From NCBI GenBank assembly GCA_965248575.1, contig CBDFJQ010000002.1, positions 3,488,001 through 3,552,000 of the forward strand: a DNA stretch of 64,000 nt, written 5' to 3'. The DNA is from Planctomycetota bacterium. Its GTDB lineage: Bacteria > Planctomycetota > B15-G4. Made by a program: the position numbers and the translations under genes. The notes under the pieces were generated by a model, which worked only from the letters and a program-made list of their open reading frames with translations, had not been told where the DNA came from and made no database searches. Shown in pieces: positions 31,237 through 40,205 of this stretch (position 1 is the first letter of the stretch; each line of letters begins with the position of its first letter).

Positions 31237-32120
31237 GGAAGAACCTTCTCAGCCAGCTCCTGGAGCACTGATTCGCAGATCTCCGGGACCGGCTCCCCAC
31301 CGGCCAAACGGCCGATTTCAGCTGCTGTGCAGCGAAAATGGGGGTATTCGAGCAAGACCAGGCCCACCAGGGCACGGTGCTTGGAAGCTGGCTGAAGTAG
31401 GGCTTTGCGAAGGGTGGGTTGAGGAACGACCAGCAGATCTCTCAAGAGATCCCGGATCGGCACTGTCATGACCTCTGGGTCAGGGTCTCGCCGTGCCTTG
31501 GAATAGGCCCCATCGGCGAAGCGCTGGGTCATCTGGTCCTTCGCGCGCTTGTAGAGGGCGTCGATGTTGGCTCTGGAGGTGTCCATGACCTCGGCCACCT
31601 GCTCGCGGGTGATGGCCCTAAACACCCAGAGCACCACCGAGATGCGCTTCCAATCGAGGCCGAAAAGCAGGTTGTGGAAGATGTCGAGCTCTTCTTGCTC
31701 GAGGCTCTCCCCCACCGGTCCGATGGCCTTGGGGTCCGCGACGTCCATCTCCATCTCGTCGTCGTCGGTGCTGATCTGCCCGCGGCCCCTGGGGTGGCGC
31801 TTCCACTTGCGCAGCTCGTCCAGGGCGAAGCGAGTGGTCACGATCTGCAGGAAGGTGGCCACAGAGCAGTTGTTACGCCCCTCGTAGGAGCGCAGCCGGT
31901 GGTAGTCCCGGTGGGTCAGGGCGACGACGAAGGACTGGTAGATGTCCTCCATGTAGTCCCGAGGAAACCCGAATCCCTTGCCGTAGAGCACCGAGAACAC
32001 CAGGGATCGGTAGCGCTCCAGGAAGGCTTCGAACGCCCCTGTCTCGTGATCCAGGACCCGCTTGAGGAGGACCTTGTCGTCGATTTCCATCAGCCCGGTC
32101 TGGGGGAGTGTTGGCGGCAT
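31233..32120 (-). CDS. Divergent ECF sigma factor with ~90-aa C-terminal extension
   Basis: DDKVLL...AFEAFLERY, EDIYQ, SYEGR..CSVATFL, EQVAEVM.TS..NID.LYKRAK; start at 32120 or 32090. Confidence 0.85.
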   Translation of the reverse strand: MPPTLPQTGLMEIDDKVLLKRVLDHETGAFEAFLERYRSLVFSVLYGKGFGFPRDYMEDIYQSFVVALTHRDYHRLRSYEGRNNCSVATFLQIVTTRFALDELRKWKRHPRGRGQISTDDDEMEMDVADPKAIGPVGESLEQEELDIFHNLLFGLDWKRISVVLWVFRAITREQVAEVMDTSRANIDALYKRAKDQMTQRFADGAYSKARRDPDPEVMTVPIRDLLRDLLVVPQPTLRKALLQPASKHRALVGLVLLEYPHFRCTAAEIGRLAGGEPVPEICESVLQELAEKVLP

Positions 32121-32221
32121 GGACCTACCGGATGATGGGGACAGGACGCTGACTCTTCAACCGGACGCCGTAGTGAAGCATAAGACGCGCCGTGACAAGA
32201 TCTTAGATAGGCCCCCATACA

Positions 32222-32250
32222 TTGAAAAAGAAGCCTCAATCGGCGATTAT
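32222..32250 (+). promoter_or_regulatory. Candidate sigma70 promoter of gyrA
   Basis: TTGAAA (32222-32227), 17 nt, GATTAT (32245-32250) in an AT-richer divergent intergenic region. Confidence 0.4.
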
Positions 32251-32318
32251 CTGACTGCCTATTGCCCGACTGCCCGGGGAACAACCCAGCGGCAGGCAAC
32301 CCCGATTGGATTCCGGTC

Positions 32319-34904
32319 ATGACCGACAGCGCGAGCCATCGCGAGTCCTCCGTTCTCATCGAAAAGGAGATGAAGGATTCGTACCTCAGCTACGCGATGA
32401 GCGTCATCGTGTCGCGTGCGCTGCCAGATGTTCGCGATGGGTTGAAGCCTAGCCAACGGCGCGTCCTCGTGGCGATGAACGACCTCAACCTGGGGCCTCG
32501 CTCCAGGTTCAAGAAGTGCGCGAAGATCGCCGGCGACACCTCGGGTAACTACCACCCGCACGGTGAGGGCGTTGTCTACCCGACGCTGGTTCGCCAGGCA
32601 CAGCCGTTCAACATGCGCGTGCCGTTGGTGGACGGGCAGGGAAACTTCGGCAGCGTCGACGGCGACCCTCCGGCAGCCATGCGTTACACGGAGGCTCGCA
32701 TGACTGCGGCCGCTTCCGCGATGCTCGACGACATCGACAAGGAGACGGTCGACTTCGTTCCGAACTACGACGGTTCGCGCAATGAACCGACCGTCCTCCC
32801 GTCGGCCTTCCCCAACCTGTTGGTCAATGGGAGCAACGGCATCGCCGTGGGCATGGCGACGAGCATGCCGCCGCACAACCCGCGCGAGGTGTTCGGGGTC
32901 CTGCGGCACATGATCGATCACCCGGATGCCACCACCGAAGAGCTGATGGAGTTTCTCCCCGGTCCCGACTTTCCGACGGGCGGCATCATCTGCGGCCAGT
33001 CGGGCGTGCGCCGGGCGTACGAGACGGGTCGCGGCACCCTGACGCTGCGTGGCCGCGCTGACTGCGAAGAGGAAGAGGGCAAAAAGCGGGCACGGATCGT
33101 CATCCACGAGATCCCCTATCAGGTCAACAAGTCGAGCCTGATCGAGTCGATGGCTCAACTCGTGAAGGACCAGCGCATCAACTCGATCTATGACATCGCC
33201 GACCTCTCCGACCGGCACGGCATGCGCGTGCTGATCGAGTTGAAGAAGGGCGAAGACCCGCAGATCACGCTGAACCAGCTGTTCAAGTTCACCCAACTGC
33301 AGACGACGGTCTCCATCATCAACATTGCGTTGGTGGAGAGCCGGCCCCGGACCCTGCCGCTGATCGGTCTGGCATCCGAGTTCCTGAACCACCGGCGGGA
33401 AGTGATCCGCCGGCGTACCGAGTACCTGCTCGGTGTGGCGCAGGATCGTCAACACATCGTCGAAGGCCTGCGCATCGCGCAAGACAACATCGACGAGGTG
33501 ATTCGAATCATCCGTGCCGCACCGGACACCGCGCGCGCACAGCTCGAGCTGCAGACGACCTTCTCGCTGAGCGAGCGGCAGTCCGAAGCCATCGTCAACA
33601 TGCGGTTGCGGGCCCTGACGAGCCTCGAGGTCGAGAAGCTCGAGGCGGAGTGGCAGGAATTGGCCGCGAAGATCTCGCGTTACGAAGCGATCCTCGGCGA
33701 CCCCAAGCTGATCGACGCGCTCATCGTCGAAGACCTCGAGAAGTTGGCGGCGCAGTTCACCTCACCGCGGCAGACCGAGATCGGCCCAGCACTGGAGGGC
33801 TTCGAGGACGAGGACTTCATCGCCGATGAGACCGTGACGGTCACCTTGTCGAACCACGGCTACATCAAGCGCATGGGTGTCGACCAGTACCGCAGCCAGC
33901 GCCGCGGCGGGTCTGGCATTCGCGGGAGCGAGAGCAAGAACGATGACTTCATCGAGCAGCTCTTCGTGGCTGAGACCCATGATTCGCTGCTGTTCTTGAC
34001 CGGCTCCGGCAAGCTGCACCAGCTGAAGGTCTACCGCATTCCGAGCCTCGGTCGGACAGCCGCAGGGCGTGCGGCCGTGAACCTGCTGCCCGGCTTCTCG
34101 CCTGAGGACACGATTCAGGCAGTGATTCCCGTGCGCAGCTTTGACGAGGGCTCACTGCTCTTCTGCACGGCCAAGGGCACGGTGAAGCGCACGCCCCTGT
34201 CCGATTATCGCCGGCCCAAGGCTGGCGGCATCATCGCCATCGGTCTTGACGACGGGGACCGCGTGATCGACGTGAGGGTGGTGAACGACAAGGACGAGAT
34301 CATCCTCGGCTCGCGTTCGGGCAAGGCCATCCGTTTCCCTGTGAGTGCGATGCGTTCCATGGGGCGCCCCGCTCGCGGTGTACGCGGCATCCGACTCCTG
34401 GGCGACGATGAGGTTTGCGGCATGGCCGTCGTGACCGCTGACACCGCCCTGCTGACCGTCAGTGAGATGGGCTATGGCAAGCGCACCTCCTTCGACGAGT
34501 ACCCCCTCCGGGGTCGTGGCGGCCAGGGCGTCATCAACATCAGGACCACCAAGCGGAATGGCAATGTAGTCGCCATCCGTGCCGTGGCTCCTGAGGACGA
34601 CGTGATCTACATCACGACCGGTGGGCAGGTGGTGCGTTCCCCCGCGGGCGACATCTCCGAAATCGGACGGGCCACGCAGGGCGTGCGCCTGATGACCCTC
34701 AAGAAGGACGATCGCGTGGCCTCGGTGGCACGCGTCTTGCCCGACGATGGCGACGATGAGGAGGGGCTCGAGGGCGACGACAACGCCCCGCAGGCGTCCG
34801 CTGATGCCGAGCCGCCGGTGCCGGATTCCAACGATGGGCAGGGCGATGCGACCGATGAGCCGACGGGCGGCGAGACGGATGATGACGACGGTGACGAGTC
34901 GTGA
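32319..34904 (+). CDS. gyrA: DNA gyrase subunit A
   Basis: [33 protein letters not shown] (catalytic Tyr), GPDFPTGG, GyrA-box QRRGGSG, beta-pinwheel repeats, acidic tail. Confidence 0.99.
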   Translation: MTDSASHRESSVLIEKEMKDSYLSYAMSVIVSRALPDVRDGLKPSQRRVLVAMNDLNLGPRSRFKKCAKIAGDTSGNYHPHGEGVVYPTLVRQAQPFNMRVPLVDGQGNFGSVDGDPPAAMRYTEARMTAAASAMLDDIDKETVDFVPNYDGSRNEPTVLPSAFPNLLVNGSNGIAVGMATSMPPHNPREVFGVLRHMIDHPDATTEELMEFLPGPDFPTGGIICGQSGVRRAYETGRGTLTLRGRADCEEEEGKKRARIVIHEIPYQVNKSSLIESMAQLVKDQRINSIYDIADLSDRHGMRVLIELKKGEDPQITLNQLFKFTQLQTTVSIINIALVESRPRTLPLIGLASEFLNHRREVIRRRTEYLLGVAQDRQHIVEGLRIAQDNIDEVIRIIRAAPDTARAQLELQTTFSLSERQSEAIVNMRLRALTSLEVEKLEAEWQELAAKISRYEAILGDPKLIDALIVEDLEKLAAQFTSPRQTEIGPALEGFEDEDFIADETVTVTLSNHGYIKRMGVDQYRSQRRGGSGIRGSESKNDDFIEQLFVAETHDSLLFLTGSGKLHQLKVYRIPSLGRTAAGRAAVNLLPGFSPEDTIQAVIPVRSFDEGSLLFCTAKGTVKRTPLSDYRRPKAGGIIAIGLDDGDRVIDVRVVNDKDEIILGSRSGKAIRFPVSAMRSMGRPARGVRGIRLLGDDEVCGMAVVTADTALLTVSEMGYGKRTSFDEYPLRGRGGQGVINIRTTKRNGNVVAIRAVAPEDDVIYITTGGQVVRSPAGDISEIGRATQGVRLMTLKKDDRVASVARVLPDDGDDEEGLEGDDNAPQASADAEPPVPDSNDGQGDATDEPTGGETDDDDGDES

Positions 34905-36190
34905 GTGATCCGCTCGTGACCATCCCGCGCGCCATCGAAGAGCTGAAGGCGGGGCGCATGATCGTCCTGGTGGACGATGAGGATCGCGAGAACGAGGGCG
35001 ATCTGGTCTGTCTCGCGAGCTTCGTGACGCCCGAGATCGTGAACTTCATGGCGGTCCATGCCCGTGGGTTGATCTGCATGCCCATGGAGAAGGCCATCGC
35101 GGACGAGCTGGAACTCCCGCTGCAGGTGGACCAGAACACCGCTCGCCGCAGCACGGCCTTCACGGTGTCCATCGAGGCGCGCACCGGGGTGACTACGGGG
35201 ATTTCGGCGGCCGACCGGGCGCGCACCATCCAGGTGGCGGCTGATCCCAATTCGGGTCCCGCGGATCTGGCGCGGCCCGGGCACGTGTTCCCCTTGCGTG
35301 CCATGTCCGGTGGCGTCTTGCGTCGCGCGGGACACACGGAGGGCGCGGTGGACCTCGCGCGCCTGGCGGGCCATCGCCCGGCGGCGGTCGTGTGCGAGAT
35401 CATGAACGACGATGGCACCATGGCCCGCTTGCCGGAGCTGCTCCGGTTTGCCGAGAAGCATGGGCTCTGCGTGAGTTCCGTCGCAGACGTCATCAGCTAC
35501 AGGCGCCAGACCGAACGCCTCATCGATCATGTGGTGAGCGTGGACCTGCCCACCGAACATGGCGAGTTCCGCTGCCATCTCTATCGCTCAAAGGAAGACC
35601 AGAGCGAACACGTGGTGATGAGCATGGGCGGGCTGGAGCCAAGTGCCGTATCGGGCCTCGAAGAGCCCGTGCTGGTGCGCGTCCATAGCGAATGCCTCAC
35701 CGGCGATGTGCTCGGTTCACTGCGTTGCGATTGCGGCGACCAGCTCAGCGCGGCCCTCGCCCAGGTGGCCGCAGCAGGTCGTGGAGCAGTGCTCTACATG
35801 CGCGCCCAGGAAGGGCGTGGCATCGGCCTGGCGAACAAGTTGAAGGCGTACCACCTTCAGCAGACCCAGGGCATGGACACGGTGGAAGCCAACCAGGCGT
35901 TGGGCTTGCCGGTGGACGTGCGCGACTACGGCGTGGGTGCCCAGATCCTGCGCGACCTCGGGCTCCGCCAGCTGCGCTTGCTCACGAACAACCCCGCCAA
36001 GTACCACGCCATGCGGGGCTACGGCCTGCAGATTGCCGAGCGGGTGCCGCTGCAGATGACCCCGAGCTCCCACAACGAGGGTTACCTGAAGACCAAGCGG
36101 GACAAGATGGGTCACGATCTCGATCTGGGCAGCAAGCCCTCCAAGGACCCAGAAGACCCTGCAGGTCCGGCGCCGGGTTTCGAGGCCTGA
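34901..36190 (+). CDS. ribBA: Bifunctional DHBP synthase / GTP cyclohydrolase II
   Basis: DDEDRENEGD, TGISAADR, RPGHVFPL, RAGHTEG, VRVHSECLTGD..GSLRCDCG, QEGRGIGL, LTNNP, KMGH; GTGA overlap with gyrA. Confidence 0.98.
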   Translation: MSDPLVTIPRAIEELKAGRMIVLVDDEDRENEGDLVCLASFVTPEIVNFMAVHARGLICMPMEKAIADELELPLQVDQNTARRSTAFTVSIEARTGVTTGISAADRARTIQVAADPNSGPADLARPGHVFPLRAMSGGVLRRAGHTEGAVDLARLAGHRPAAVVCEIMNDDGTMARLPELLRFAEKHGLCVSSVADVISYRRQTERLIDHVVSVDLPTEHGEFRCHLYRSKEDQSEHVVMSMGGLEPSAVSGLEEPVLVRVHSECLTGDVLGSLRCDCGDQLSAALAQVAAAGRGAVLYMRAQEGRGIGLANKLKAYHLQQTQGMDTVEANQALGLPVDVRDYGVGAQILRDLGLRQLRLLTNNPAKYHAMRGYGLQIAERVPLQMTPSSHNEGYLKTKRDKMGHDLDLGSKPSKDPEDPAGPAPGFEA

Positions 36191-36251
36191 AACGGTTTTG
36201 TTCGGCCGCTGCTGACCGAATTGCGCCCTTGCCTGGGGTTTTGCCGCCGCA

Positions 36252-36280
36252 GGAATATGGGCCTGTGCCAGGGCGTCCAA
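36252..36280 (+). promoter_or_regulatory. Candidate RpoE-like ECF promoter
   Basis: GGAATAT-N16-GTCCAA, close to the sigmaE consensus GGAACTT-N16-GTCNAA, 25 nt upstream of the ECF gene. Confidence 0.55.
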
Positions 36281-36305
36281 GCCGAACCCACCACGGACGC
36301 GGGAT

Positions 36306-36878
36306 ATGAACGAGGACGACACCCGCCTCGTCGCTCAGCTCCGGGCGGGCGATGAGGATGCCTATCGTGAACTGGTCGACACCTATCGGGACCGTCTGCT
36401 TACGGTCGTGGCCCGGGTGGCGGGCGGTTACGCCGATGCTGAGGATCTCACCCAGGAGACCTTTCTCAAGGCGTTCAACGCCATCGATCGGTTTGCCGGG
36501 CAATCCGCGCTCTACACATGGCTCTATCGAATCGGGGTCAACACGGCTCGGGACTGGGTGGCACACAAGCGCCGCCGCCCGGCCATCTCCCTCGATGGCC
36601 TGCCGCCCGGCACGGTGGATCCTCCTGCCAAAGGCTGTGGCCCGCTCGAGGCCATGGAGACGAGCGAACTCCGGGCTCGGGTGCGCGCCGCCATGGAGCG
36701 GCTGCCCGAACCCTTCCGAACCACTCTCACGCTCCGGGAACTCCAGGGGCACACGTATGAAGAGGTGGCCAACATCCTCGAAGTTTCCATTGGCACGGTC
36801 GAGTCGCGGATCTTTCGCGCACGCACCAAGCTGCGCGCCATCCTGCTCGAAGACCAAGAACCCCCAACCACAGATTGA
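36306..36878 (+). CDS. ECF sigma-70 factor (RpoE/SigW-like)
   Basis: GDEDAYRELV, DAEDLTQETF, YTWLYRI..N, LPEPFR...LRE..G.TYEEVA....IGTVESRIFRAR. Confidence 0.96.
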   Translation: MNEDDTRLVAQLRAGDEDAYRELVDTYRDRLLTVVARVAGGYADAEDLTQETFLKAFNAIDRFAGQSALYTWLYRIGVNTARDWVAHKRRRPAISLDGLPPGTVDPPAKGCGPLEAMETSELRARVRAAMERLPEPFRTTLTLRELQGHTYEEVANILEVSIGTVESRIFRARTKLRAILLEDQEPPTTD

Positions 36879-36881
36879 GCT

Positions 36882-37508
36882 GTGCCGAAGGACGCCCAGG
36901 ACGGCATCCCCAATGGCACCGCGCACCAACGACCGATGACGGACGACGCTCACCAACACCACGCATCAGCCACGGCGCTGGGCCCTGACGAGCCCATGAC
37001 GGATGAGCTGTGCCTCTTTGTTCTCAGCCTCGTGAAGGATGGCCGGACGCTGCACCCGACGCTGGTGACCCGGGCTCAGGGCTGGGCGGAGACGCACCCA
37101 TCCTGCCAACAGGCTCTCGGGGATTTCGCCGCCCTCAGCGAGGTCTTCCGAACGGAACCCGAGCTAAAAGCCTCGGAGGGATTCACCGAGAGCGTGCTGC
37201 GCAAGCAGCGTAGGGAGCAGCGCCAAGGGGCTCAGATCCTGCCTCTGCTCCGCCGACTGTCCATGGCGGCTGCTGTCTTGCTTGGGCTGACGGTGGCCTT
37301 CGACCTGGGTTTTCCCGGTGGTGCTGCTGCCGACGATGAGCTGGAGGCGCACGTGCATCTCATGGACTCCTTGCGCCCGGACCCCTTTGGGGGTGCGAGC
37401 AAGGCGGACGCTCTCAGGGCAGGTCTTGATGCCTTGCTGCCCGACCCGAGCCCGCGCGGCCTCGGCACGGACGCGGCACCTGAACAGGCAGAGGCGGCGG
37501 ATCGGTGA
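36882..37508 (+). CDS. Putative anti-sigma factor (single TM)
   Basis: Downstream of the ECF gene; degenerate ZAS (HPSC), GFTESVL, one hydrophobic helix; start may be ATG 36936. Confidence 0.6.
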   Translation: MPKDAQDGIPNGTAHQRPMTDDAHQHHASATALGPDEPMTDELCLFVLSLVKDGRTLHPTLVTRAQGWAETHPSCQQALGDFAALSEVFRTEPELKASEGFTESVLRKQRREQRQGAQILPLLRRLSMAAAVLLGLTVAFDLGFPGGAAADDELEAHVHLMDSLRPDPFGGASKADALRAGLDALLPDPSPRGLGTDAAPEQAEAADR

Positions 37509-37867
37509 TGCAAAGAGGGCCTCTTCTCGGTGCTGTCCTGTTGTTGTGCGTGCTGTCCGCAGGGCTTGGCTATGTGCTCGGCGGCCGGGCTTCGGTGGCG
37601 ACGCCTGCCCCCACCGGCCACTATCTTCGCCAGCTCAGCGAGCGGTTGGAGCTTTCGGCAGACCAGGTGGAACGCATCGATCAGCTCCTGACCAGCAGCG
37701 ATGCGGACGTTCGCCAGCTGCTGGAGGCCCATCGTGTGGAGCTCCGTGAGCCCCTGGCCACACGGCTCGATCAGACGGAGGCCGAGATCCTCGGAGTGCT
37801 CGACGAAGGACAGCGAAACCGGTACCACGAACTGAACCAAGCCGTCCCGCCCCCGAAGGGCAACTGA
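37505..37867 (+). CDS. Exported Spy/CpxP-like helical protein
   Basis: Signal/TM; LELSADQ...I and VLDEGQ...Y (LTxxQ-like) motifs; third gene of the ECF operon. Confidence 0.65.
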   Translation: MMQRGPLLGAVLLLCVLSAGLGYVLGGRASVATPAPTGHYLRQLSERLELSADQVERIDQLLTSSDADVRQLLEAHRVELREPLATRLDQTEAEILGVLDEGQRNRYHELNQAVPPPKGN

Positions 37868-37939
37868 CCCGCGGATTGAACGGCAGGCGGGGACCTCTAC
37901 TATCGGTCCCCAACGGGCTCCCATCCCCCAGGCACGAAC

Positions 37940-39556
37940 ATGGCCACGCAGACTGCGATCGACTACGGCAGCACCCGCCTTCGGCTCCTCGAGTTCGACG
38001 GCTCGGGGAAACGCGTCCGCGTTCTGGGCGTGGAGGAGGTCGACCTCAAGGTGCCCACCACGGGCGAGGACGAAATGGAGGCCGGCGACCTGCAGGCCGA
38101 GGCCATCGCGAATGCGATGAAGGAGTCGGGCTTTGCCACGGATCCTTCGGCCATGGCCTTCGATGCCAGCAGCGCTCTCTTCCGGGAGTTCGACCTTCCG
38201 TTCACCAACGATGACCAGGTCAACAAGGTGGTGCGTTTCGAGGCGGAGAGCCACATCCCGCTGGATATCGACGACGTCGTGATGCAGCACCATGTGCTGC
38301 GCAAGTCCCGGGACAAGAGCCACATCCTGGCGGCCTCCATCAAGAAGGAGGACCTGCTCGATCGGCTGGACATCCTGGATGAGGCCGGTCTCGACCCCAT
38401 GTTCGTGGACATGGACGTGTTCTCCCTGCTGCACGCGCTGGTGGCGACTGGGGTGGCGGCTGAGCACGCCGTGTCGGTGGTGGTCAACGCCCAGGAGTCC
38501 GCAACGAGCCTGCTGTTCCTGGTGAATGGCGAGCTCTACGCCGTGCGCTCCTTGCGCCTTGGGACGCATGGCATCCATGTCGCTGGCGAGCAGGACGTGG
38601 ACGCCGAAGTGGAGTCGGCGCGCATCCATGACTACTCAGGCCGCTTCAAGCGCGAGATCCGCCGAACCCTGACCACCTTGTCGGGCCTCGAGACCATCGA
38701 AGCCGTCCTGGTCACGGGCTCTGGTTCGCGCATTCCCGGCTTCCTCGAGACGGTGAGCGAGGCGTTTGGGGTCGATGCACAGGCCCTGGACCTCCTGTCC
38801 TACGTGGACCACAAGCTCTCCGAGGAGGATGTGGAGCGCTACGGACCTGACATCGGCGTGGCTCTCGGTGTGGCCTTCAAGCTGAACGGCTTCAACCTGA
38901 CGTCCACGGACTTCCGGAAGGACGAGTGCGCCTACACACGCAAGTTCGATCAGGTGAAGTCACCTTTGATCGTGGTGTCCTTCCTCTTGTTCCTGGTCGT
39001 GGCCTTGGGCTGCATCGACGCCATCTACAGGGTGCGCAAGGCTGAACGCGAGTTCAGCCATGTCTCCGTGAGGGCGCAACGGGAGCTCGAGGGGCTGGAG
39101 GCGGACAACGAAGTGGCTCGTCGCGTTTGGGAGCCCGTTGAGTTCGGCCCGCGCCGCGTGGATGCGGTCACGAATCGCATTGACGAGATTCGCGAGGAGT
39201 CGGCTCGGCAGCTCGGCCGCAGCGCCGTCATCCCGGATCAGGCCTCGGCAGTTCACGCCTGGATCGAGTTCTCGAAGCTGATCAAGAATGCAGAGAAGAC
39301 CTTGGGGCGCATCGCCCTGAAACGCCTCGACATCACGGTGACTGGGAAGAACCCCGAGATTCGCATCAGCGGAATCATGGAGAGTGCTTCCAAGTTCAAC
39401 ACCTTGCTCGACCTGTTCGAGGACGACGCCCTCTACCGGGAGGTCGACCCCGGCGCTGCGAAGCCCACCGATGACGGCATGTCGTCCTTCGGAGACACGG
39501 TGATCCAGCTCAACCTCGATGTGTTGGAAGCCCGCAAGGAGGCCACCTCCGCATGA
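37940..39556 (+). CDS. PilM/GspL-type actin-like protein fused to TM and PilN-like periplasmic domain
   Basis: AIDYGS..LRL, FEAESHIP, AGL, VLVTGSGSRIPG, VALGVA, TM near aa 345-362, ISG ferredoxin-like C-domain. Confidence 0.8.
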   Translation: MATQTAIDYGSTRLRLLEFDGSGKRVRVLGVEEVDLKVPTTGEDEMEAGDLQAEAIANAMKESGFATDPSAMAFDASSALFREFDLPFTNDDQVNKVVRFEAESHIPLDIDDVVMQHHVLRKSRDKSHILAASIKKEDLLDRLDILDEAGLDPMFVDMDVFSLLHALVATGVAAEHAVSVVVNAQESATSLLFLVNGELYAVRSLRLGTHGIHVAGEQDVDAEVESARIHDYSGRFKREIRRTLTTLSGLETIEAVLVTGSGSRIPGFLETVSEAFGVDAQALDLLSYVDHKLSEEDVERYGPDIGVALGVAFKLNGFNLTSTDFRKDECAYTRKFDQVKSPLIVVSFLLFLVVALGCIDAIYRVRKAEREFSHVSVRAQRELEGLEADNEVARRVWEPVEFGPRRVDAVTNRIDEIREESARQLGRSAVIPDQASAVHAWIEFSKLIKNAEKTLGRIALKRLDITVTGKNPEIRISGIMESASKFNTLLDLFEDDALYREVDPGAAKPTDDGMSSFGDTVIQLNLDVLEARKEATSA

Positions 39557-40077
39557 AGATCGCCTGGGACTTCGAAAAGGGCCTGCTGGCCTTCATGGCC
39601 CTGCTGATCGTGGGTGGGGTTGGCGTGATCATCTGGCAGCGCAGTGTGGCGGAGGATCTGATGCGGCAGCTGCCGCGTGCCGAGAATCAGCTGGCTCACA
39701 TCGGCCAGACGGTCTACGAGACCTTGGCCCTGCGCGGTGCCATTCGAGACGACGAGATGGCCAGCGGAATGCGGCCCTTCGAGTACCTCGAATCGCAGAT
39801 GGTGAAGAGCAAGATCGGCAAGAAGTTCTCAATCGCAAAGCGGAATACCGACGACAGGGGCGGCTACTCAGACACGACCTGGGAGCTGAAACCCACCAGT
39901 GCCAACACCGATTTCGATCGCCAGACCTTGGGCATCTTCCTGATTTACATCGAAGCGAAGACCACTCTGATGAAGGTCTCACGCATCAAGCTCGACCTGT
40001 CGACCCGGCGCGGCGCCACAGTCGATGACTGGAAGCCTCTGATCGAGGTCGTCGAACGCCGAGCCGCCGTGCTCTGA
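39553..40077 (+). CDS. GspM/PilO-like inner-membrane platform protein
   Basis: N-terminal TM, coiled coil, L..FL..IE....MKVSRIKL pattern; ATGA-coupled to the upstream gene. Confidence 0.6.
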   Translation: MKIAWDFEKGLLAFMALLIVGGVGVIIWQRSVAEDLMRQLPRAENQLAHIGQTVYETLALRGAIRDDEMASGMRPFEYLESQMVKSKIGKKFSIAKRNTDDRGGYSDTTWELKPTSANTDFDRQTLGIFLIYIEAKTTLMKVSRIKLDLSTRRGATVDDWKPLIEVVERRAAVL

Positions 40078-40205
40078 GGGCCAGGAACGGCCCTTCGCAC
40101 GGAAGGCGCAATCGGGAAAGCAGGCGGGAACCAAAAAAGGGTTCCACCCGGCCGCTGAGCCTGCCGAAGGAGGAGAGATCCGCCCGGATCCTCCCCGCGA
40201 GACAG

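Noticed and set aside
32319..34904. Separated type II topoisomerase A subunit as parC
   Set aside because: A GyrA-box (QRRGGSG), full pinwheel repeats and an acidic tail indicate GyrA.
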